Positions 24,901-32,300 of a DNA stretch of 64,000 bases are shown here, one piece after another. The stretch is taken from the IMG/VR virus record IMGVR_UViG_3300030098_004828, positions 181,647-245,646 of that record; one strand, written 5' to 3'. Within the stretch, counting starts at the first letter, position 1. Each line of letters opens with the position of its first letter. The position numbers and the translations under genes are program-made. A model generated the notes under the pieces. The model did not search any database. It was not told the origin of the DNA and saw nothing but the letters and a program-made list of their open reading frames with translations.

Positions 24901-27900
24901 CTGGATGGCTATGACAAAGAATCCTAAAAAGTTTGGTTTAGATAAAGCTCCTACATTAGCAATGAAAGATTTTACTGATCAAGAAGCTGCAACGTTTGGT
25001 AAAGATAATTTGAAGGAAGGTGATTATTATTTAGATAATCTAAGACATAATGTTATGGAGTATGATTCTAAAGGTAGACCTACAGGACAAAGATATACTG
25101 AGTTTGCAATGCCTCCTCACCATGCAAGTATACTAAAATACTGGAAACCAGGTATGCCAATAGGAGATGTATTAGGTAAAGGATTTGGTATACGTATTCC
25201 TACGCAAGATAAACACTCTGCAGCTAATATGAAAGTTGTAGATTTTATGCCAGCTTACTTTGGGTCTTCTGTTATAGTGCCTAGAGAAATAACTGAGATA
25301 TCAGGATCTGACTTTGATATAGATACTCAATATACTCATTTCAAAGAGTTTTATGTAGAAAGAAAATTAGTTAGAACTGCTGATGAAATAGAAGCAGATT
25401 GGAATAAATATGTAACAACTCCTTATTCAACAAGAAGAGGGGGGCCTTTAACTACAAGAAGAAGTGATCCAGAATTTGAAGTTGAAAAATCTAAACGTTT
25501 ATATGCAGCAAAGATGCGTAGAGAAACAGGTTTAAATTATACTTGGAATAACAGAACAGAAAAGTTTGAAGATGTATATGAAGGAAAGTTTATTGAATAT
25601 GGAACTGCTGATACAATAGAAAAAGAATATCAAGAGTATATTAGATATATGATTAAGCAAGCTAGAAAGCCTGGATCAGCTGTAAGTATTGCTATAGATA
25701 AATATCAATCTAAACAAGGGGTATTAGTTATTGAACAATTTAAAGCAAAAGATTTAGAGATATATGAAAATTCTACATGGGAAGAAATTCAAGAATACTT
25801 TAATGAAAAAGATGATAAACAAAGATATACAAATAGACTACTACTTAATGTATTAAAAACTGAAATGCATCTTCCTGATTCATTAGATACTTATAAAGAA
25901 TATAAGAAATTTAATAATGGATCAGAAATGGTGGGTGGGGTAGTACCTTATAAAGCTGCATATAATAATAGAATCTTAGATCTTAAATTTGGATTACTTG
26001 GAAATGATAATATAACAAAACCAAGAAGAGATGCAGCAATAGCTAAAGGTAATCCTTTGGCTGTACAGAATCAACCTGCTGATTTAGATCCTTTAAATGA
26101 TAAAGATTTACAAAAGAAAATAAATGAAGCATTAAAAGAAGATAAAGATATAGCAGAACTTATAAAAGAAACAACACCTGCAGTATGGCAACTTATACAA
26201 GTTAAAGCTCCTTTACTAGCACAACAATTAGAAGAAGGTAATCTTGATATTGATAACTTATATGGAAAGTCTATAATGAAATCAGCTAATGCAATGGGTA
26301 CATCTATTGTAGGAGCTGCAGTTCAACCAAATGTTGTTACGGCAATACTTAATTCTTTTGGTATTAAAATTCAAACAGCATATAGATATGATACTGAGAT
26401 AGCACCTCTATATTTAAATGGTATAACTTATGATGATTATTCTACAAACTTTTTAATAGATCCTAAAACAGGAAAACAAGATCCGGGTAGAAGAAAAGCT
26501 TATGTAATATCTGCAATTATTACAGCTTTAACAGATAATGCTAAAGAACAATTAACTGGTAAAACAGGATTACAAGTAGGAGTATTAGGTATAGTTGTAA
26601 ATATGTTAGCTCTTGGTGTAGATACACAAACAGCATTTGGAATGATTAATCATCCTGCTGTTAAACAAATTTTATTAGAATCAGGAGGTATAAATGTAAT
26701 TGGTGTTGCTCAAGGATATATAAAATCAATAAAGCAAGCAATTAAAGATAAGAAGTATACTCCAGAACAACTTAAAAATAAAAGAACTCAGGTTAATGAA
26801 AAAGATCTTTGGGATGATATTAATAAGAATTCATATGAATTACAAACTAATATTATAGAAAATGGATTAGAATATTTACCTGTTCTAGAACAACTTGTTT
26901 CAATACAATATACTAAAGAATATACAAGTAAAATAATTAAACTTATAGAGTTACTTAAAGCACCTCCTAGAAACTTATGGGGAATGCAAACTGTTATGGC
27001 AGCTGCAAACGATCTTGGTTTAGATCAAACTGATTATCAAATAGAAGTGAAAGATAAAACTCCTCCGTTTGATGTTAGACCTATATTTGAAAATATAAAT
27101 AATCATATGGGAGAATTATGGCAACAAGTTAAAGAATTAAATGCTATAAGTCCTAATGTATTTATTGCATCAAGTACAATGTTTGGTAGAATTGAAAATA
27201 TTATACATAATAGTTCTAGTTTATTTGGTGAACAAGGTCAAAGAGATAGAGAAAAAATTAAGAATAATATTATTAGTTATTTGATGATTGGTGCTTACAA
27301 AGCAGCTGGTACTAAATTTAATGAAACTTTTAATAATGGTTTAATATATCCACAATTAGAAGGTGTTAAGATTACTGATATTATAGGACAGATAAAAAAG
27401 ATATTAGAAAATAAAGAAATTGATGGAAAACCAAGAACAAATTATTTTATTAATTTTTATATAGATACAATAAAATCAAAAGATGGTTCAGAGATTGATA
27501 AGGTTTTAACTAATACATTCACTAAAATTTCTGATGCAGAAATAATGAGAATTCAAGTTAGTCTTTTAGAACTCATGGATCCTAGAGATAAAAATTTATC
27601 TAAGTTAGCACAATCTCTAATTAATTATCTTATAGTTAAAGATGGAATGCAATACAGATCAGGTTCATTTGTTAATGCTGTTCCAGCACATTTATTTGAA
27701 AACTTTATTGCTCATTTAGATAGAATACAAGATGTATTTAAAAAGCTTGAAGGAATAAATGAAATGACATCTGCAGAACGTATGGCATTAAAAGATGAAT
27801 TATCTGATATATTTGGAGAAGATTTTAATAACTTTAGTTTAGATATGATAGACAATATGTTAACTCATATATCATCTAATGGTCATATAAAAAATAATTA

Positions 27901-29299
27901 TCATAAGGATAGTTCAGATAAACCTGGTTCTCCTATTGTATTTACTAAACCTCAAGGTAAAAATCCTGCAAGATTGGTTATAGATTTAACTATGGGTACA
28001 GGTCTAGCAATACAACAAGATGAAAGTGATGTTTCAAATGTACCTGTAAAACTTATAACAGATAACGAATTAGTTAATGGTAATAGAGAAGAAATACGAA
28101 AATCTAACTTAGCTGAATCAGTTAAAGTTGAAGTTGTTAAAAATGGTGTGTCTCAATATAATAATATGTCTAAGTTTCCTTATATATTAAAGTATACTTA
28201 TACAGTTGGTTACGGACGTCAAAAACAACAAATTACTAAGCTGTTTAAACTAAATAAAATATATAGCCCGTTAAATGATAAAGATACAGGTTCAAGAAAT
28301 AACTTATTTAATGTTCTTGATTCAAATCAATTGGTGGGATATAGGGCTGAATATATAGATATAACAAATCAGCAAACAGGTTCTTCAGATCAATTTGCAG
28401 GAGGAGCTATAGCTGGAGCTTTACCATTTAACAATGTAGTAAAAGAAGATGCTAGTGAAGAAGTAAGTACAGATAAAGATAAAGGCAAGAAAAGTAAAGG
28501 AACTAAACCTAAAGGTAATTATGAAAATACAATGTCTTCTGTTAAAGCTACTGAAAATGGTGTTGAAGTTACAACTGTCAATGGAAATACACATAACAGT
28601 AATGAAGTAGATCTTAATAATGCTATGAACCAAGAAGGTGAAGTAGGAAGAGGGGGATCAGTTCTTGATCTAGAAGGAATGGTTGGTAAAGAAGAAGAAT
28701 TACCTTCTTTTGAAGAAGCAATAAATATAGTTTCAGAGATGGAAGATACTATTAATGAAATTGCAATGCAACCTGATAATGTAGCTAAAGTACTTTCAGG
28801 AGAAAAAACTACTACATTAAGAACAAAAAATTTACCAAGTGGAGTGTATAATATTGGTGGACAATTATTTAATTTAACTAATAGAGGAAACTTAACAGTA
28901 GAAGAAGCAGGTGGTGTAGAAGCTATAACTAAATCAGAAGCATTTGCAAAAACAGGTCCTAAATTTTCATCAACAAAAAAATGGCTTGAAGGAGAAGGAA
29001 AACTATATGTATATGATATTACACCTGTTAGTGAAACTATTAATGAGGCTGAAGCAGCTTTTGCTGAAACATATGATAGTGAATCTGGTCAATTAGAAAT
29101 AAACTTTGGTGATGAGGTTGGAGCATCAAGTAATAAGCTGGAAAAGTTTATGGAATTATGGGAAGAATTAGATGTAGAAGAACAAAAAAAAATAATCCAA
29201 CATTATGAATTAACAGCAATTGATAATGATATAGTAATTAATATGTTAATGGATAAATCACCAAAAGAAGTAATAGAACGTTTGAAAAAATGTAGTTAA
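12920..29299 (+). CDS. Giant virion-packaged RNA polymerase polyprotein (5459 aa) with zincin and ASCH domains
   Basis: EISGSDFDID at 25310-25324 (about D4131-D4135) is the crAss-like RNAP catalytic loop, preceded by GIRIPTQ (RxP). HEAFH zincin motif at 19868-19882 with downstream EEYMADEF. ASCH signature VLSGEKTTTLR near 28790-28822. Confidence 0.9.
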   Translation: MAENLNNIPTVEDSGNLGSVPTETANIGPGQTPMFNLPSASINPANFAPDYKTALDQIDFSPLTERAYGPSPVNPETAKLIEMAAIPINRIASPAYNNINSTAPGRATGGYNPYSQQGQLDLTTKQGRNERLAQAFMNASDSTGADTTPGYQDPLVFGSKKFNYDRMMAHPNSGELGFHPLYDNESYYNKNSTWYDDSRRMGKQWRRMFSNAFMSSYRNIGDMLSGNWSWSDDEGAAIMEDAMRIGSSTRGGFTEWLHNTTLSSAYTAGIMTNIGVEMGVLALATAATGGTAAPATVTKAAQSLYSGVRGIFNSVKSVSAISNTLKAFRLPTVSKDFWNAFNATKVAQGISTAGQYTAKFLTPSTLKAFKDLRTSAAALDDMSQLAKTSKVFGAFYNDMRYINLAVAESRLEAGLVENETFSKLYQEFTHANGRPPNKEELALMRQQSIRAAKTTFMFNAPIIYLTNKVTIEKWMGKIKSLSGMVNMKGMAARFVKSPGKFGKDVYKGFGSMREMIMAGGLRHNAKYIGGAALRYAADGVNEGLQEVYQETVSAAATHYYAGLYQQPIAAGYDIFEVAMTKDSSDKAMQAVRHGLAHGPSWGVFASGFFTGMLVAPYSKVMFQGIPNLFQMATNNEQYQKDKKTREDWIKQTEKELNKMAEDPKFFFDPKKLNVIAQKQLDDEYWNFGIQGDILNFIDTKEHSMFQHIYTALQLGNLNEFRDYINDILQLDDQALEEAFMDKNTGKVKDGYTAEQLRKHFDGLNEKLDVIEDNYNNFDIDNPFDRNKYEEGTRDYYEEQIREYAFNHAKMQMIFNSNAMNDAASRKESIEAAITAITGMSDLIIDDLMILTSRRDIFQEINNLNRDIESLKYSKTPDDKKELAKLKKKKKLLEDFYEVLGDPENQHKSSKEYRNDKRIKQQGTPYKKRHHKIKERLKEMVEEKSLPDSIDDPKYGEKDTKDSIAKITSQDRDITYIYNLHKDGSISYTAKVKNDILDKEFKSEKQLESYIKKKEKTVYETVIDKKTGKPKKVGTYKTYVQEVMLKYKRDAKSMKKLMKVFTPYVEFLVKESGGKPINADQMKNVLSMIVDYGHLNFRISDMYKANQILSDPASLKRYSERISIPMIRLWKRHKRNQGRRVRKFVDKEIRKQYLKTLAKAGIFVDPKQVKHFLSVENLTQADIPTTFLTDTGEMLYDPVFGHTNQKQYEIMVQARQVLIDELIAPKEEKKDDGDGVDTKTIDDGSTAEDALNEDLTDDPQEKEEIKRIKDELNEFKSEDEDTIAILTREYEKYRKAAIALNMPILSQAQWLQQKGGGRAILQARYQAYSVYNEDEDKDQYETFNDWLRANVRSDKIQNIVEKFGLAPYAIMIEDVTSSKKLKDGVLLQGEVDASQGKYADYDMFIIKTPGAFVDGKQQFIYRIVNSKGKNVYDEGTYNNLNLPQEIFDNGYLTLGEANNAIKEILKAIPENTTFNFEGQTFKKGDRVSYKGKNYVVLNDAADFTSRGKLMVRDELFPEAEPITIAPGEFTGWKKEETSNQYFKEAIVVGENVQRLSHGKGMTFGKPMNHELNKNSEIKNEKDLQTVLKNMDPERRKKLRIQITRAKQPNKKHGESVNMNHGEINPVIKKGSKRFNVLLIDPDSGDVIGRLDGLDNFIFIDKKTGKSITPLEMTLDNVFDYFRNFKSKTAKQQLKEIKENYAQLTLIEELFDELLDETGTDKVTIGLDSLKKGKINKSLNISATDKGKELTEKLKDVFVHVTPGSKIFTERGKKDHETPIKELKYKYINQNGNMFILDTSNLGSDISDLEYSNQLAIREAIDRQGLGGLTGRYILAVRTPNNMYKGGYFHLVELRTTSMSQEDTQLLFNDIMSQQKLTVSTNINKRGKVLQDKKKGLGFKFNEAFNIDVQNKMYIAMPHGHNVNIILQPSGDITFKFSQTRDAGGQTFKVNLNRKTITDAKLESMQDLLDLASSGLREIFQNELNNNPQFIIPLGFGVELQASKLGGTPRNLNVSQIRNTIKADPTLTELEADGIVAIAPKDVTGNVFAQLRYNNTEEVNNLIASKNNKTQIEKDRANPSEIKNDLFTFERYQKAGWHHYPEAALKALAIKMLTDENLLTEDEKKIIAATKLEEKLKTGEIEVNVETNTEGGVGIVGDETQEELMQKKERIEEKIKEAEQQAEDKIWDEIEGANPNLSQEDKNDLFDKAMEEWEKSPDEGYVSLQNQKKEIDSKIKAGKIIRHDNYDGNDIVDLDEFIAWLKENLPGFISVEAIEQLGINLATNGVTVGTFAMTLKNIAGKINVEGKIYTGANSPFKYHEAFHAVYRMLLTQEEQKRLQGLAEKEVNKKLNSKSGYRYQGKTYKSLDTLLKDFRKESILYTQLSKSELKKRLYEEYMADEFDKFKVNPRNSKTNSEIKNFFTRLIEFIKSIFRNFSGNDLRSFYEKIDSGKFKNTTLQDNEFTRPGQEVNPAQEITQYATKIVIGQQTIKKSVLNRETNKNEIKPVNENIYMPADEEIQLRNNIAALFLKRMANNAELNKAALLQKTVQDYINIYNPKLSRHKKSADYRNLRRTLKAKLDGLKNAESDIILSVKNYLNLFDVNIDLANVSDKDIQDLEGFTPGGAKAWEASANKQGGLRKLSRDIRIFIGSTSMPASEALLEDQLYGITGVPTIDKETGKLVESDIEELVVSVDAATVYNGMLKSAGNSSTQLEVLQKMIMFGKNNPQTGAVVDNLMNKAGIQVRDYDRILMLDSSEPVGAIGPVSDPVFLNAVIKQMTQFTSDYLRIEENTNPETGAGVVSIYAANHADDISAQLDRWRKRFFTIKTYRWEHQKKAKRSREAAAGFANFISIINAGKALNEQQLEDKASEISKNLRNLTGIDLSVGFIKYSILHELNNKGVQLEPLQENFLNRNSDSYAMTLNDANKLAGLLQNNIDILSRSKEKFSKETDDRVKKEKVDHRKDGAEGSLRDMARGNAVFDENVGNTVFTDEKGDLIYSHQLPTYHLTKVAEINKKDIEGLDELRLGDGYLNANYLLNHPAFQQLVKENKFRIGRVSGKTKAWNVIDPDTKTKIATSQSEGIPYSEFGDADFLTSLINLKLAGFDSRNNKLFKKDVIKEDGTPYVLAPVFIRVIADASTGDFTYLPVLQSVKFNERGSIEFTDEFLDSMEDLIENEYNRILQNAEKLLGSNENVDTFLRKTIGTGEIVGFNEAVSKDDISDNPEQDRAFKITNNAQLITAMIAEGMTLKESIATLALRKAEQTMNLPEFVMDTTLENPDGSKRLGETEIKTTPVIDKKTKKKTQKVEQTIKLNEFTLDEFYDQFFDTKNLAAKATVQRLKENIEKRDGKKVKKEYVIDRIKKLIPDLQSAQAFVLLHEQFHIDENHYKDIEGKETLTEEMEVSANMYALEELQNRSKAKKQTTESPNILPKGIYKPNTEVKKILEDNALDNKSFDEVRKILEDAGIPLRDVIASRLNFEFDRFITRLIDLNIIEIKKNGDYVLNGLDPAFLNGFTNDKGQNLNEINEEFHFQPGELLFNLRQIFFDDYRNTKSINEIFFGDQAQVYKNVIEAIKRAKGSNASGMNVEFGFKWEVSDTLTIRPSYQIAAFTHKDVELSKQYSEGQQEVQDALVTMSIQGFAHWRAGLGYLKPAQAKLIDDLMQGKHVTVERLLGNGIDTTGLMHEGLGINSKKMVYDDGKSYIKMSVRVLTPDFTTDLDTKEPLPGMEKLHHLREKIEAKEEELLDKNKALGFDHFVPVIAVPESASKKFKQNLAEAESAYDETTILDRNIVMLDSKFMKEQQVVPSNKIEIVDPRQIINLLMNEQYDDSVTVTIRGEKYSVADLKRLFNTNVGLRRELDFTNKRNTILTFNDVNVDNHVYNRLFTDHLDKIKRGEVTIDLAAFRKFALNSLMAGKSKAQLLEFFESDNYNLNNPFTNPKFEELYFSFWKDGFTTKQPGYSLTLVSDVGYKVVKKVIEVDKETGEPTRWEVIPKQTWMAMTKNPKKFGLDKAPTLAMKDFTDQEAATFGKDNLKEGDYYLDNLRHNVMEYDSKGRPTGQRYTEFAMPPHHASILKYWKPGMPIGDVLGKGFGIRIPTQDKHSAANMKVVDFMPAYFGSSVIVPREITEISGSDFDIDTQYTHFKEFYVERKLVRTADEIEADWNKYVTTPYSTRRGGPLTTRRSDPEFEVEKSKRLYAAKMRRETGLNYTWNNRTEKFEDVYEGKFIEYGTADTIEKEYQEYIRYMIKQARKPGSAVSIAIDKYQSKQGVLVIEQFKAKDLEIYENSTWEEIQEYFNEKDDKQRYTNRLLLNVLKTEMHLPDSLDTYKEYKKFNNGSEMVGGVVPYKAAYNNRILDLKFGLLGNDNITKPRRDAAIAKGNPLAVQNQPADLDPLNDKDLQKKINEALKEDKDIAELIKETTPAVWQLIQVKAPLLAQQLEEGNLDIDNLYGKSIMKSANAMGTSIVGAAVQPNVVTAILNSFGIKIQTAYRYDTEIAPLYLNGITYDDYSTNFLIDPKTGKQDPGRRKAYVISAIITALTDNAKEQLTGKTGLQVGVLGIVVNMLALGVDTQTAFGMINHPAVKQILLESGGINVIGVAQGYIKSIKQAIKDKKYTPEQLKNKRTQVNEKDLWDDINKNSYELQTNIIENGLEYLPVLEQLVSIQYTKEYTSKIIKLIELLKAPPRNLWGMQTVMAAANDLGLDQTDYQIEVKDKTPPFDVRPIFENINNHMGELWQQVKELNAISPNVFIASSTMFGRIENIIHNSSSLFGEQGQRDREKIKNNIISYLMIGAYKAAGTKFNETFNNGLIYPQLEGVKITDIIGQIKKILENKEIDGKPRTNYFINFYIDTIKSKDGSEIDKVLTNTFTKISDAEIMRIQVSLLELMDPRDKNLSKLAQSLINYLIVKDGMQYRSGSFVNAVPAHLFENFIAHLDRIQDVFKKLEGINEMTSAERMALKDELSDIFGEDFNNFSLDMIDNMLTHISSNGHIKNNYHKDSSDKPGSPIVFTKPQGKNPARLVIDLTMGTGLAIQQDESDVSNVPVKLITDNELVNGNREEIRKSNLAESVKVEVVKNGVSQYNNMSKFPYILKYTYTVGYGRQKQQITKLFKLNKIYSPLNDKDTGSRNNLFNVLDSNQLVGYRAEYIDITNQQTGSSDQFAGGAIAGALPFNNVVKEDASEEVSTDKDKGKKSKGTKPKGNYENTMSSVKATENGVEVTTVNGNTHNSNEVDLNNAMNQEGEVGRGGSVLDLEGMVGKEEELPSFEEAINIVSEMEDTINEIAMQPDNVAKVLSGEKTTTLRTKNLPSGVYNIGGQLFNLTNRGNLTVEEAGGVEAITKSEAFAKTGPKFSSTKKWLEGEGKLYVYDITPVSETINEAEAAFAETYDSESGQLEINFGDEVGASSNKLEKFMELWEELDVEEQKKIIQHYELTAIDNDIVINMLMDKSPKEVIERLKKCS

Positions 29300-29304
29300 A
29301 AGAA

Positions 29305-29312
29305 TATATTTG
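29305..29312 (+). promoter_or_regulatory. Bacteroidota -7 promoter element TATATTTG, 3 nt before ATG 29316
   Basis: Exact TAnnTTTG match in a 16-bp intergenic gap. Confidence 0.5.
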
Positions 29313-29315
29313 CAT

Positions 29316-32300
29316 ATGAAATGTTATAATAGAAATTCAGGAGAGTATCAAGAACTATACAAAAAGTATGGATCATATCTTAAGACAGACATGCTTATTG
29401 ATGAATATCAAGCTGTTCATAAAACAGATATAATTCCTACTATACAAGACGTTGCACAATTACAAAAAACTAAAAGGACTCAATTCAGTTTAAAGAAAAA
29501 AGAACTTTCTAAAGCAATTATAGCAAATCTTAGAAACAAAGGGTATATACGTAAACGTAATGGTCAATGGTGGATAGTATCCAATAAACAATATGGATAC
29601 AATGATTATGATTTTGATCCCGCTACATTTAGACGTAATGCAGAAGCTATCAAAGCTTATTTACGTTTATGGAATATTCCAAAAGAGTTTTTAATTCTTG
29701 AATTTGGTACAAGAAAAAAGTACCGTGGTTATGATAACAATCATCCATCATTAAGAGCTGCTGAAATTATTCAATGGGGAAGAATAGAATTTGATAAAGA
29801 TGCTTTAACCCTAGAAGATACACTTCCAGAAATGAGAAGTAAAAATACAACACATATTAACATGCTTTTAGAACATTTGAAAAAAGTGTTTCCTCAAATT
29901 GGTATGGATATTGTAAGTGTTGCAGAAGCAAAAGAATATTATGAATCTTTACCTGCATCACAACAAATGGTTCCATTTTCTCAAATTAAAAGTTATATAT
30001 ATGATGGACGTGCTAAAATTATAAAAGGAAGAGTAACAGCTGAAACAGCTGTAGAAGAAGTATTACACCCTTTTGTAAATGCATTGATGATAGAAAATCC
30101 TGCTTTAACTAAAGCTTTATTAAAAGAAGCTGAAGAAAACTTTCCTGTTTTAGCTCAAGAAATAATAGAAGCATATAGTGATAAAAGAGGATTTACTAAT
30201 AGAGACAGACAAAATGAATTACTTACACAAGCATTGTCTAGACATTTTAATGAAGAGTTTGAAGGGAAACCAACAAGAGGTTGGAGAGAAAAAATATTAG
30301 AACTATTACAATGGTTAGCAAAACATGTATCAGATATATGGAAATATGTATCAGGTAATGAGTTAGTACTTACTGCAGGAATGATAAATGAAAAAACATC
30401 AATGAGTGATCTTGCTAGATTATTAAATACAAAAGACTTACAATTTAAATTGGATGAAAGAGCTATTAAAAATGATGGTAAGATTCAATTTAAATTAAGT
30501 AAAAGATTACAAGATATCTTAGATAGAAGATTTGCAAATGCAACTGATGCACAAAACAAAACAAAAGAGAAACTTTTTCATCAAGGAAAGGTAAGTAAAG
30601 AAGAGATTGATATACTTTCTGCTACTGGTGTAAATCCTGTAGATGGAACTAAAACACCACTTACCATTCTAGATAAAGGAAAAGATAATAAACAACATGT
30701 ATATAGAAATATAGCTACAGGAGATATAGGTACCTCTGTAACAAGTCTTATTAATGGGGAGTTTGTACAAGAATATCCTGTTGGACCTAATGAAACTTTA
30801 GATGATGTTTTAAATACATATGGTCTTAAGATGGAAGAGTTAATGCTTGCAAATAGAATGACAGAGCAAGAATTAAAACAAGCATTTAAAAAAGGAAAAA
30901 ATAAAATTGGACGTATTCAAATTCCTAGAGGAAATGAATTTGCAATAAATAGAGAAATAGGTGAAGACTTTGATAACATTATGAACGGTTTAGCTGAAGG
31001 ATTACCTTGGAATGAGATTAAAGAAGATATGACTTTTGAAAGAGTACCAGAAGCTTTAGCTGAAAAATTTTATAATCAAGTTTTAGATTTATTATACAAT
31101 GAAGTAACAAGTACACCAAACTGGTTTTCAAGAGGTGCAATTGTAGTTCCACAAGTTGTAGTTTCAAATATAATTAATACAGGAGAACTTAATTCAAAAG
31201 GACAACCTATACATAGATTTGTAGCAGGAACTATAGATCTTTTGGTAATAAATGAAGACGGAAGTGTATTTCCTGTAGATCTTAAAACAAGTTGGACAAG
31301 TATATCTGATCCTGCATATAATAAAGGATATCCCGTAGGTCCTGGTAGTATACTTTATGATCCCAGTAAATCACAATCAGAACAAAGAAAACTTTCTAAA
31401 AAACAAAGACATGGTGCACAGGTAAATGTATATGGAAGACTATTAGAAAATTCTGGATATGATGTAAGGGGTAAACAAACAAATGCTGATCTTAGAGCTA
31501 TTACATTTCATTTTCAAGTTAAATTAGATAAAAACAATGAAAAGTTAGTTGATTATAATTATGATGGAAGTAAGAATCATGTTCCTGGTCATTTTGATGA
31601 TATAGCAGAAAAAATTGCACCATATCAAGTAGATAAAAAAAGACAAAAGCAAGTTCAATCAGAAAGTGTAGATCAGTATCTTGAAGAAGAAGACAATAGT
31701 AAACAACTAGCAGAAGAAGAAATAATTGCTTCAGATACATATCAAGCTATATTTGAAGTAATGGATCAGTTTCAGCAACACTTAATATCAAGAAGAAAAG
31801 CTGTTGATAGATTAAGAGAGTCTGTTAAACTAATGGGAACTAAAGCTCAAGAAATAGAGAAGATAGATTTTGCAATATCTGCTATAACTTTAGCAATGAG
31901 AGATGCAAAAGTTGATGTATTATATACTGAACTTCTTAGAGATGCTATAAAACAATTAGATAGCTTTTTAGAATATATAGATCCTGCAAGAGGAAATGCA
32001 ACTCATCCAGAATTTATTTCTAAAGTTGTAAACTTTCAAAGAACATTAGAAGGATTTCAAGGTTTAACAAAACTTACAAAGAATGAAGGTTTAACTAATG
32101 AACAACTTAAATTAAAAGACACACTTCAAACAAAATTAACTGAGATAGCAGATGGAGGAGATTCTAAAATAAATTTAGCTATAGATGATTATGTTAGAAC
32201 TCTTGTTAGAAATGAATCATCTAGAGATTTTGATGATCAAGATTTAGATCTATTGATGCGAAGAGGACAAGATATAGGAATGGCAATTTATTATACTGGT

